From: a virus
Direction: 5' to 3' (one strand)
IMG/VR virus record: IMGVR_UViG_3300013131_000024
Span: 45,858 to 109,857 of that record
Length of the DNA: 64,000 bases
In this document: positions 1 through 7,144 of the stretch, piece by piece
Layout of the letters: every line of letters starts with the position of its first letter
Numbering within the stretch: the first letter of the stretch is position 1
Made by a program: the position numbers and the translations under genes
Notes under the pieces: model-generated
What the model was told of the DNA's origin: nothing
Database searches by the model: none
Seen by the model: only the letters and a program-made list of their open reading frames with translations

Positions 1-140
1 TCGCCGAGTTGATTGTTAATGAATGTCTTGAAGTGATTGACAGCAGAAATAGGAAGCAGTTTCATCCAACTTCTATCTGCGGTGAACTATTGTACAATGT
101 TGCAAAAGATGTGAAACAACATTTCGGAGTTGAAGAATGA
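1..140 (+). CDS. 5'-truncated small protein, 'FAELIVxEC...HFGVEE' paralog family
   Basis: Frame 3 reads AELIVNECLEVI...KQHFGVEE-stop; same motifs as the next ORFs. Confidence 0.8.
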   Translation, partial: AELIVNECLEVIDSRNRKQFHPTSICGELLYNVAKDVKQHFGVEE

Positions 141-373
141 ACAAACGATTACTACGCTTATTCAATGAAGCAGGATTCCATCAGCCAGAAATGGAACGAT
201 TGGGAATTGAAGACAAGTTTGAAAAATTCACCGAGTTGATTGTCAGGGAATGTATGGCAATTAACAAAGTAGAAACAATAGCCTTGGATCTACCCGATTA
301 CAATTTAGGTGTGATAGAAGGCTACAGGAGAGCCAGAGAAAATATCAGTATACATTTTGGAGTTGAAGAATGA
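137..373 (+). CDS. small hypothetical phage protein, FxELIVxEC/HFGVEE family
   Basis: ORF; ATGA overlap with upstream gene; paralog motifs. Confidence 0.85.
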   Translation: MNKRLLRLFNEAGFHQPEMERLGIEDKFEKFTELIVRECMAINKVETIALDLPDYNLGVIEGYRRARENISIHFGVEE

Positions 374-603
374 ACGAACGATTCAAGCAAATAGCCCAAG
401 AAGTGTTTTTCGACGAATCCACTACCGGTAAGCCTGGCCAAAAGATGTATATTTTTGGTGAACTCAAGATGCAAAAGTTCGCCGAGTTGATTGTTAATGA
501 ATGTCTTGAAATCGTAGAAGATGAAGACGATGGTAGTCAGGATACTTTAGCAGTCCGTTGGGCCATGCACAGAATCCGTAAACATTTCGGAGTTGAAGAA
601 TGA
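370..603 (+). CDS. small hypothetical phage protein, FAELIVxEC/HFGVEE family
   Basis: ORF; 32-nt exact repeat 479-510 = 1-32. Confidence 0.85.
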   Translation: MNERFKQIAQEVFFDESTTGKPGQKMYIFGELKMQKFAELIVNECLEIVEDEDDGSQDTLAVRWAMHRIRKHFGVEE

Positions 604-872
604 ATGAACGATTAAAAAAACTAATGCGGGATCATGGCGTACACAAATACATCAGCGAGGAATGCCAAAGTCGTATTGAGTTGGTCACTAAGTTAGTAGT
701 AGAAGAGTGCGCTCAATTATGCATGAGTCAAGCTGATCGTAGGAACATTCGAGCTGCATTTGACCTACCCGTTGAAAGTAATGTGAAGTATCCTAGTCCT
801 GAAGATCACGGCAGTATAACTTCACAGTACGAAAGAAAATATAATATACCACAAGCAGGAGAAGTAAATTGA
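600..872 (+). CDS. hypothetical protein, divergent member of same family (MNERLK...LVVEEC)
   Basis: ORF; ATGA overlap. Confidence 0.8.
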   Translation: MNERLKKLMRDHGVHKYISEECQSRIELVTKLVVEECAQLCMSQADRRNIRAAFDLPVESNVKYPSPEDHGSITSQYERKYNIPQAGEVN

Positions 873-1273
873 AAATCGGTTTTAGTCTAGGTCGTTGTGT
901 TCGCGATATCGTCAATGGTGAAGTCAGCATAGATGACGTGGCTTTTATTATCACTGCTACCAGTATTCACGATCGCGAACATATTGATCGTGTTATAGAT
1001 GTTTACATTACAGAACCCAATTATCTCTTAGGCTTAGATTATAATAAGTGTCTAGAAACTGCACAGGACCTGTGGGATAGTAATCGTTTGTTGCAGCCAC
1101 GCAAACAAGGCCTGCATAGACACATGCAACCTGAGAACGCTGTCTGGGTTGACATCTTTCCCACGGCACTGAGCAATAACGAATCAGTTAAGAAATCGTG
1201 GGATGCATATAGATTTATGCTACATATGGTAGAGAACGTGGATAATGAAGCCACAGAAGTTTTTAAAACATAG
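869..1273 (+). CDS. hypothetical phage protein
   Basis: TTG start with GGAG SD; 134 aa ORF in operon. Confidence 0.8.
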   Translation: MKIGFSLGRCVRDIVNGEVSIDDVAFIITATSIHDREHIDRVIDVYITEPNYLLGLDYNKCLETAQDLWDSNRLLQPRKQGLHRHMQPENAVWVDIFPTALSNNESVKKSWDAYRFMLHMVENVDNEATEVFKT

Positions 1274-1281
1274 GAGGCAGT

Positions 1282-1470
1282 ATGGATATAAAAAATGGTT
1301 CGAGATGGGTGGGCACAGAAGGCAGGGTTTTCGTAGTAATTAATAGAACAAACTTAGAAGGTAAAGATTGGATCTATTATAGATCAGAACAACCTGTAGA
1401 TCATTTACCCGAAGAATTCAGCTGTTATGAAGAAAGTTTTCTTGGCAGATTTACACTTTTGCCAGAATGA
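1282..1470 (+). CDS. hypothetical protein
   Basis: AGGAGG SD; ORF. Confidence 0.75.
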   Translation: MDIKNGSRWVGTEGRVFVVINRTNLEGKDWIYYRSEQPVDHLPEEFSCYEESFLGRFTLLPE

Positions 1471-1745
1471 TAAATCTAAGATTAGAAATCCTAAATCCCT
1501 GGAGCCGAGATAGATTTAAAAATCTAGGCTCTGTTTCTGGAAAAATCACTCAAAATAAAAGTTGGGAGTTAGAACATACATTCTGCGATAGTGTAATTTT
1601 TGACATAGAATTTAAATTTACAACCAAACAGGATCATGCTGGGTTAGAGTTAGTTTTTGGCATTTTAGGCTACGAAGTTCATTTTAGGATATGCGATAAC
1701 AGGCATTGGGACTATGAAAACGATCGCTGGGCAGTGTATAATTAA
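1467..1745 (+). CDS. hypothetical protein
   Basis: ATGA overlap; ORF. Confidence 0.7.
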   Translation: MINLRLEILNPWSRDRFKNLGSVSGKITQNKSWELEHTFCDSVIFDIEFKFTTKQDHAGLELVFGILGYEVHFRICDNRHWDYENDRWAVYN

Positions 1746-1798
1746 CATATACTATAATTTCAGAGATGATAAGTAATAGTGAATCCAAAGGAGCTGCT

Positions 1799-2368
1799 GT
1801 GTCCAAAAAGTTCGACGATTTTAATGCCGAAGATCGCATCGACATCAAATTACTGGAAAATTCCATACATTTTCTCACAGGTGAAATAGACCAAGAATCT
1901 GTGGATAAATGCATCAAATGGATAACCTACGAAAATTTAGATACTCGATCAGAAAAAATTCTTACTCTTTACATCAATTCCACAGGCGGAGATTTGTATT
2001 CTGCTTTTGCCTTGATTGATGTAATGAAAAACAGTGAACATCCTGTTAGAACTATCGCTATAGGTGCTGTGATGAGTGCGGCATTTTTGATCGCAGCATC
2101 AGGTACCAAAGGACAGAGATTCGCTGCTCGCAATGTCAGTTATATGTGCCACCAATTTACGGAAAATGTTGATGCCAAATATCATGATATTAAGGCCGCG
2201 ATGAAAGGTAATGAAATGTGTAATGATATGATGGTTGCTGTATTGAAGGAAGCTACGGGGTTAGCACCTAGCATTATCAAGAAAAAACTACTGCCCGCCA
2301 GTGATGTGTATCTAACTGCTGATGAAGCTGTAGAATTAAAGATCGCTGACAATATTTTAGAAAGATAA
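1799..2368 (+). CDS. clpP: ClpP-family serine protease proteolytic subunit
   Basis: LYINSTGG, MSAA (catalytic Ser) and CHQ (His) motifs; GTG start after AAGGAG (ORF is open from 1766). Confidence 0.9.
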   Translation: MSKKFDDFNAEDRIDIKLLENSIHFLTGEIDQESVDKCIKWITYENLDTRSEKILTLYINSTGGDLYSAFALIDVMKNSEHPVRTIAIGAVMSAAFLIAASGTKGQRFAARNVSYMCHQFTENVDAKYHDIKAAMKGNEMCNDMMVAVLKEATGLAPSIIKKKLLPASDVYLTADEAVELKIADNILER

Positions 2369-2370
2369 AC

Positions 2371-2616
2371 ATGAGCAAAGTAATAGCCATAGACGGCAAA
2401 GCTAAAAAGGATCAAGAGCGGAAAGAATCTATGTTAGAAGTATTGAAAGTCATAGAACAGCAGATAGAAGAAGGCAATATCAAAGAGTTCGTGGCCTGCT
2501 CTATGAACGAAGATGGCAAAGCGCAGGTGCATGCTAGCTGCTTAGATCTCGTAGGCGGCGTGGGCATGTTTGAAGTTGGCAAGCACTTACTGATCGAAAG
2601 CGACAGAATGTTGTAA
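2371..2616 (+). CDS. hypothetical protein
   Basis: 81 aa ORF directly after clpP. Confidence 0.75.
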   Translation: MSKVIAIDGKAKKDQERKESMLEVLKVIEQQIEEGNIKEFVACSMNEDGKAQVHASCLDLVGGVGMFEVGKHLLIESDRML

Positions 2617-2645
2617 AAATGCCACATTATATGGGCATTTTTTCA

Positions 2646-2674
2646 TTGACAAATAAATAAACAGACAATACAAT
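2646..2674 (+). promoter_or_regulatory. sigma70-type promoter P1
   Basis: TTGACA-17 nt-TACAAT. Confidence 0.8.
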
Positions 2675-2743
2675 AGATACATGGTTAGTTGATGTTGTTG
2701 AAAAAGCAACAGCTCTTAATTTTTCCAAAAAGAAAAATAGGGG

Positions 2744-2772
2744 TTGACAACAGAACTAAATATTTGTATACT
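2744..2772 (+). promoter_or_regulatory. sigma70-type promoter P2
   Basis: TTGACA-17 nt-TATACT. Confidence 0.8.
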
Positions 2773-2823
2773 TAGATCATGCGTTGGAAATAGCGCAGAA
2801 ATTTTAAAGGAAAAACAAAGCAA

Positions 2824-2964
2824 ATGAAAACAGTAGGATCGTTATCAAGACATTATTGTATAGCCAAACAGGTAGGCATGCCCACCTCTTGGTCTGCGAT
2901 TAGTCTGTTCAATAATGATCGTACACCAGAGCTATGTCAGGGGTCCATGGAGACGATGAGTTAA
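2824..2964 (+). CDS. putative attenuator leader peptide (46 aa, contains all 20 amino acids)
   Basis: MKTVGSLSRHYCIAKQVGMPTSWSAISLFNNDRTPELCQGSMETMS; AAGGA upstream; last codons overlap the antiterminator 5' arm. Confidence 0.65.
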   Translation: MKTVGSLSRHYCIAKQVGMPTSWSAISLFNNDRTPELCQGSMETMS

Positions 2965-2996
2965 CGTAAAAATAACTCAAACTTCAAAAGGACCCC
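2940..2996 (+). promoter_or_regulatory. putative antiterminator hairpin
   Basis: GGGGTCC/GGACCCC, TGGAG/CTTCA and TGAGTTA/TAACTCA; shares 2992-2996 with the terminator. Confidence 0.7.
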
Positions 2997-3026
2997 AGGA
3001 CTAAACACCCTGGGGTTTTTGTTTTT
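2992..3026 (+). terminator. intrinsic terminator (attenuator)
   Basis: ACCCCAGG-9 nt-CCTGGGGT followed by TTTTGTTTTT. Confidence 0.85.
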
Positions 3027-3038
3027 ATAAGGAGAACT

Positions 3039-3215
3039 ATGCAGTATAATGAAATTGAATTTGATAAGTTGAGTAAGAGAATCGTTGAACAGGCTTACGC
3101 TTCTGCTGGTCAGGTACTAGACGAAGAGCAGAAACGCAAACTTATTCAAGATAAGTTTGACCGAGCCCGTGCCATGCACGAAGCTCAACAGAAGAGTCCA
3201 ATCTACGAAGATTAA
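3039..3215 (+). CDS. 58 aa hypothetical protein (MQYNEIEFDKLSKRIVEQAY...), below ORF-track cutoff
   Basis: TAAGGAG SD; open frame to TAA at 3213-3215. Confidence 0.75.
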   Translation: MQYNEIEFDKLSKRIVEQAYASAGQVLDEEQKRKLIQDKFDRARAMHEAQQKSPIYED

Positions 3216-3220
3216 GACTC

Positions 3221-3445
3221 GAGTGTGGATGGGAAACGAGGTCCCAGCGACACACTGTAATAAAAACGTAAACGGGCGGCCTAGTGGATGGAATCCCTCT
3301 TGTGGGACTAAAAATACTAGCGTAATTAAGCATTCCCCATTCGCCCTGCGACGGCGTCTAAAATCATAGAGGAGAATGCTTAATTACACACTCTCCTACT
3401 CCATTTGACAAGGAGGACAGGTTGACATAGTCTACGGAGAGTGTT
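3221..3445 (+). ncRNA. candidate structured non-coding RNA region
   Basis: Consecutive helices AGTGTG/CACACT, CTAGT/ACTAG, 14-bp 3322-3335/3374-3387 and ACACTCTCC/GGAGAGTGT; no credible ORF. Confidence 0.45.
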
Positions 3446-3450
3446 ATAAT
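3422..3450 (+). promoter_or_regulatory. sigma70 consensus promoter before tRNA-Tyr
   Basis: TTGACA-17-TATAAT with TGn extension. Confidence 0.8.
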
Positions 3451-3458
3451 ATGTCTTT

Positions 3459-3545
3459 GGAGGTGTGTGCCGAGCGGCGAAGGCAAGTGACTGTAAATCA
3501 CCCACATCAGAAACACCGTAGGTTCGATTCCTACCGCCTCCACCA
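3459..3545 (+). tRNA. tRNA-Tyr(GTA)
   Basis: cloverleaf, long V arm, CCA. Confidence 0.95.
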
Positions 3546-3551
3546 AAATTT

Positions 3552-3626
3552 GGTCCTATAGTTTATCGGTTAGAATAATGGCCTGTCACGCCGTAGGGAC
3601 GAGTTCGATTCTCGTTGGGACCGCCA
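3552..3626 (+). tRNA. tRNA-Asp(GTC)
   Basis: cloverleaf, CCA. Confidence 0.95.
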
Positions 3627-3635
3627 AAGTTTTAT

Positions 3636-3713
3636 TCCGGGATACCGTTCTAGGTGAGGCGGGTCTGACTGTTAATCAGAAATAGATTGGTTCGAATCCA
3701 ATTCCCGGAGCCA
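3636..3713 (+). tRNA. tRNA-Asn(GTT), atypical D arm
   Basis: acceptor, anticodon and T arms; GCCA end. Confidence 0.9.
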
Positions 3714-3766
3714 TTTGAAAGGTAGAGTGATAAATAAATATGTAAAATATTTTAAGGCTCTACCAT

Positions 3767-4210
3767 ATGAATTATAAGGGAACAAAAGACAAGACTTATG
3801 TCTGTCAGCATTGTAAAACAGAGTTTGGTTTTAAAGGTTATAGTAGCAATCATAAATTTTGCAGTTTAGATTGTTCTTATGCTTATCAATCAGCTCGAAA
3901 AGAAAGTTTAAAAGAGCATCGATATCAAAAATGGTTATCCGGAAAAGATATTGGTGTTAAAAATCCTCGTAAATTAATTAGAGATTTTTTAATTATACGC
4001 GATGGATATAGATGTAGTTGTTGTGGAATTGATAGTTGGAATGGTAAAGAAATAACACTCTGGACAGATCATATCGACGGAGATGCTACTAATAATCACC
4101 CAACTAACTTTAGATTAATCTGTCCTAACTGCGATAGCCAATCAGATACGTTTGGCGGCAAAAATTACGGTAAAGGAAGAAAATCTAGAGGTTTACCACA
4201 ATATGGTTAA
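3767..4210 (+). CDS. HNH homing endonuclease
   Basis: CSCC...DHIDGDATNNHPTNFRLICPNC HNH motif; N-terminal CxxC/CSxxC zinc motif; free-standing in tRNA array. Confidence 0.9.
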   Translation: MNYKGTKDKTYVCQHCKTEFGFKGYSSNHKFCSLDCSYAYQSARKESLKEHRYQKWLSGKDIGVKNPRKLIRDFLIIRDGYRCSCCGIDSWNGKEITLWTDHIDGDATNNHPTNFRLICPNCDSQSDTFGGKNYGKGRKSRGLPQYG

Positions 4211-4221
4211 GTAAAATTAAT

Positions 4222-4296
4222 GCACCGTTCGTCTATCGGTTAGGACACCCGCCTTTCACGCAGGTAAGAGGAGTTCGATTCTCCTACGGTGTACCA
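4222..4296 (+). tRNA. tRNA-Glu(TTC)
   Basis: cloverleaf, CCA. Confidence 0.93.
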
Positions 4297-4303
4297 GTTT
4301 TAT

Positions 4304-4379
4304 GCGGCATTAGTACAGTTGGTAGTACATCTGCTTGCCAAGCAGAAGGTCACCAGTTCGAGCCTGGTATGCCGCTCCA
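4304..4379 (+). tRNA. tRNA-Gly(GCC)
   Basis: cloverleaf, TCCA. Confidence 0.95.
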
Positions 4380-4387
4380 AAGTTTTT

Positions 4388-4486
4388 GCCTCTGTAGCTT
4401 AATGGTAAAGAAGGGAGCTTATACCTCCCCAAAGCACAGGCCAGATAAGCCTGAGTGTGCAGGTTCGAGTCCTGCCAGAGGCACCA
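4388..4486 (+). tRNA. tRNA with TAT (Ile) anticodon and long variable arm
   Basis: GGGAG-CTTATAC-CTCCC anticodon arm; ~29 nt V region; 7/5 acceptor/T stems; ACCA. Confidence 0.85.
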
Positions 4487-4492
4487 GTTAAT

Positions 4493-4569
4493 GGCTCCGT
4501 AGTTCAGTCCGGCAGAACGTTGGTCTCCAAAACCAAATGTCGGTGGTTCAAATCCATCCGGGGTCGCCA
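4493..4569 (+). tRNA. tRNA-Trp(CCA)
   Basis: cloverleaf, CCA. Confidence 0.95.
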
Positions 4570-4575
4570 AATGAT

Positions 4576-4652
4576 GTGAGGGTGCCAGAGAGGCCTAATG
4601 GCGCAGTCTGCAAAACTGTTGTTCGTCGGTTCGAATCCGACTCCTCACTCCA
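4576..4652 (+). tRNA. tRNA-Cys(GCA)
   Basis: cloverleaf, TCCA. Confidence 0.95.
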
Positions 4653-4656
4653 GAAT

Positions 4657-4737
4657 GCCCCTATGGCCAAATTGGTAAAGGCGGCTCTCTCAAAAGGAGT
4701 GTCATAACTATCGGTTCGAATCCGATTAGGGGCACCA
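4657..4737 (+). tRNA. tRNA-Leu(CAA), short V arm
   Basis: cloverleaf, ACCA. Confidence 0.9.
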
Positions 4738-4745
4738 AAGATTAT

Positions 4746-4835
4746 GGAAGTGTGGCAGAGCCCGGCTTAATGCACCTGTCTTGAAAACAGACGATCCGAA
4801 AGGGTCCGTGAGTTCGAATCTCACCGCTTCCACCA
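4746..4835 (+). tRNA. tRNA-Ser(TGA)
   Basis: cloverleaf, long V arm. Confidence 0.95.
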
Positions 4836-4839
4836 AATT

Positions 4840-4913
4840 GCCCGGATAGTTAAATGGTATAACGGTCGCTTGATAAGCGATTATTCCAAGTTCAATTCTT
4901 GGTCTGGGCACCA
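4840..4913 (+). tRNA. tRNA-Ile(GAT)
   Basis: cloverleaf, ACCA. Confidence 0.93.
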
Positions 4914-5047
4914 ACCTTAAGGAGAACGCAAAATGGGGCGGTCGCAGTTTTACTCTTGCTGGTAGTATTGATATATTATATTGACAAAAATTTAAAATAG
5001 GAGAATGTTATGGAAAGTGATAAATCTGACAAAGGTCCCAAACCTTT

Positions 5048-5122
5048 GGGGGTGTGGTGAAATGGTATCACAGCAGACTTTTAATCTGCCAATTTCGGGT
5101 TCGAGTCCCGGCGCCCCTACCA
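5048..5122 (+). tRNA. tRNA-Lys(TTT)
   Basis: cloverleaf, ACCA. Confidence 0.93.
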
Positions 5123-5188
5123 TATAAAAACACATTCTCTGCTGGGCATGAATCAGATTCTCTAGCGGGTATGAATGTGTTTCTATAT

Positions 5189-5263
5189 GGTAATGTAGCA
5201 TAACGGTAGTGCAGCACCTTCATACGGTGCCCAGTGAAAGTTCGACTCTTTCCATTACCACCA
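5189..5263 (+). tRNA. tRNA-Met(CAT), elongator (Ile2 not excluded)
   Basis: cloverleaf, CAT anticodon. Confidence 0.9.
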
Positions 5264-5278
5264 GGATTAAATAAGTGT

Positions 5279-5524
5279 ATGAAAGAGCTACTGAAAAATC
5301 TGCCGCAGCTATTGGCTGCGATGCCAGAGCTAGTAAAGTACTTAAAATACATTCCAATCCTCATGATCCTCGCGGGCCTTGGCTACGGAGTAGTCTACTT
5401 CGTCCAGAATCGCAAGGATCCATATCAATGCGTTAACAATCACGTCTTTGAACAGTTGAGATTAGACAGCGATGTCTATGTGTTCAAAGGCGGAACTTGT
5501 ATCGATGCCAAAGATTTAAAATAA
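5279..5524 (+). CDS. small membrane protein
   Basis: hydrophobic segment IPILMILAGLGYGVVYFV; TAAATA 5 nt upstream of ATG. Confidence 0.75.
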   Translation: MKELLKNLPQLLAAMPELVKYLKYIPILMILAGLGYGVVYFVQNRKDPYQCVNNHVFEQLRLDSDVYVFKGGTCIDAKDLK

Positions 5525-5529
5525 ACTGT

Positions 5530-5603
5530 TGGGGTGTAGTGTAATGGTAACACCACAGACTTTGACTCTGTAATTCTAGGTTCGAGCCCTAGCACCCCTG
5601 CCA
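5530..5603 (+). tRNA. tRNA-Gln(TTG)
   Basis: cloverleaf, GCCA. Confidence 0.93.
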
Positions 5604-5604
5604 T

Positions 5605-5678
5605 GCTCTTATAGTTAAATGGCAGAACACATCCTTGGTAAGGATGCGATACAAGTTCGATTCTTGTTAGGAGCACCA
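5605..5678 (+). tRNA. tRNA-Thr(GGT)
   Basis: cloverleaf, CCA. Confidence 0.95.
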
Positions 5679-5682
5679 TATT

Positions 5683-5757
5683 CGGCCTGTAGCTCAGTGG
5701 AAGAGTTCTGGTCTTCGAAACCAGCAGTCGGGAGTTCGAATCTCTCCAGGCCGGCCA
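5683..5757 (+). tRNA. tRNA-Arg(TCG)
   Basis: cloverleaf, GCCA. Confidence 0.93.
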
Positions 5758-5772
5758 TTTAAGGAGAAAACT

Positions 5773-5979
5773 ATGAAACCAACTTTATTCAAGAATCGTT
5801 TCAATAACGAGCGTTTTATCTGCGACAACCCTCGCTTGACCGAAAACATCGACGGTGTTGAATATGTTGTGGTCCATCGTCCTAATGAGCATCGTGAATT
5901 TAAAATGCGTCGTGATGCACTAGAAAAAATTAATGCGCCTGTAGCTCAGTCGGACCAGAGCACTACGCTACGAACGTAG
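5773..5979 (+). CDS. hypothetical protein whose 3' end runs into tRNA-Arg(ACG)
   Basis: TAAGGAG SD; 68 aa. Confidence 0.7.
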   Translation: MKPTLFKNRFNNERFICDNPRLTENIDGVEYVVVHRPNEHREFKMRRDALEKINAPVAQSDQSTTLRT

Positions 5980-6012
5980 GGGTCGGAGGTTCGAATCCTT
6001 CCAGGCGTGCCA
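5935..6012 (+). tRNA. tRNA-Arg(ACG)
   Basis: cloverleaf, GCCA. Confidence 0.95.
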
Positions 6013-6018
6013 AACAAT

Positions 6019-6094
6019 GGTGTCCTTAATGTAGTGGCCTGCATACTAGTCTGTGAAACTGGAAGTACCGGATCGATACCGGTAGGACACCCCA
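6019..6094 (+). tRNA. tRNA-His(GTG)
   Basis: G-1/C73 pair; GTG anticodon; atypical T loop ATCGATA. Confidence 0.9.
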
Positions 6095-6103
6095 AAAGAA
6101 CAA

Positions 6104-7042
6104 TTAAAGATTTAAACAAAATTCTATTCGAATTTCTTTGTTGATATGAGATACAAACAATTCATGTATATTAGAGGGCGGATCAAGTATTGTTCCTAAA
6201 GGTAGCTCTAACGGTAAATTACTTGGCAATCTTTCGTAAGATTTACACCACGATTGAAATCTTTTACTTGCATATAATCGTTTTCTTGTATAATCTATAT
6301 CTATGGTAATACCGCCATTAGATCCGAGACGTCCTGTACAATCAAACTCGTTAGGATTATCTTCATCGTAAAATGATCGAAGAACACTTTTACCTAGAAT
6401 GGATTGATCTAACAGCACCAAGTATTGATAAACTGAATATTTTTCATAATCATAATTTGCCAAAAAATCTTCTTGATCAAATTCTAACCAATTGTCAAAT
6501 TGCAAATATCTATCAGTGGGCGTTATGTCAAAACTGGTAAATGGATATTTGGTTAAAGCATAATTTTTATTATCTGTAATAGTAATTTTTTCTAAAAGAT
6601 GAACTGAATCATTGATTAAATTTATCAAGGAAAACCATTGATTATAATCTATGAATTCTGGAATTGTGAATTTAGAATTATATACATTTTCCACAGATTT
6701 ATTTAGGTGCAGAGTATCTCTAGCGAATAAAGCATTGTAAACAAAGAATCTGTGTAATTCATTTAGAATATTTTGATCGTAATTAAATTCTGTGGGAATC
6801 GTAGTAGGAAATTTTAAACCAAATCTTTCTAATTCTGATAAGGCAAATTGTATAAACTTCCAAGATTGTATAATTTGAGATTCGTGTATATAATATTCTT
6901 CTAATGATGCAAAATCTTTTTTACATTCATAAGATTGTTTTTTGCTATTAAAAAAATTAAACCATTTAAAATGCACTTTGTGATCTGTGAATATTCGAAT
7001 CGCAATGTGTTGATCATTAAGAAAATGTAATTTTAAAAACAT
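6104..7042 (-). CDS. hypothetical AT-rich protein, antisense within tRNA array
   Basis: 312 aa ORF; TAAATA 4 nt before ATG. Confidence 0.8.
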   Translation of the reverse strand: MFLKLHFLNDQHIAIRIFTDHKVHFKWFNFFNSKKQSYECKKDFASLEEYYIHESQIIQSWKFIQFALSELERFGLKFPTTIPTEFNYDQNILNELHRFFVYNALFARDTLHLNKSVENVYNSKFTIPEFIDYNQWFSLINLINDSVHLLEKITITDNKNYALTKYPFTSFDITPTDRYLQFDNWLEFDQEDFLANYDYEKYSVYQYLVLLDQSILGKSVLRSFYDEDNPNEFDCTGRLGSNGGITIDIDYTRKRLYASKRFQSWCKSYERLPSNLPLELPLGTILDPPSNIHELFVSHINKEIRIEFCLNL

Positions 7043-7065
7043 AAATTATTTAATATCATCGCTTC

Positions 7066-7141
7066 GCCAACTTAGCTGATGTGGTCATAGCGGCGGTCTG
7101 AAGAACCGTGGAAAGACGTTCGATTCGTCTAGTTGGCACCA
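7066..7141 (+). tRNA. tRNA-Phe(GAA)
   Basis: cloverleaf, CCA. Confidence 0.95.
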
Positions 7142-7144
7142 CAT

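Noticed and set aside
1-620. CRISPR array suggested by spaced direct repeats
   Set aside because: Repeats lie in frame within paralogous ORFs, spacing is ~230 nt, and there are no cas genes
3216-3320. Hammerhead, twister or pistol ribozyme
   Set aside because: Only fragmentary resemblance; conserved cores (e.g. CUGAnGA...GAAA) are absent, so it is kept only as an unidentified structured RNA
3142-5679. Multiple 60-98 aa ORFs in the track, mostly minus strand (e.g. 3364-3546, 4310-4570, 4726-4914, 5476-5679)
   Set aside because: They are antisense or overlapping readings of tRNA genes and structured RNA, with no SD or coding character
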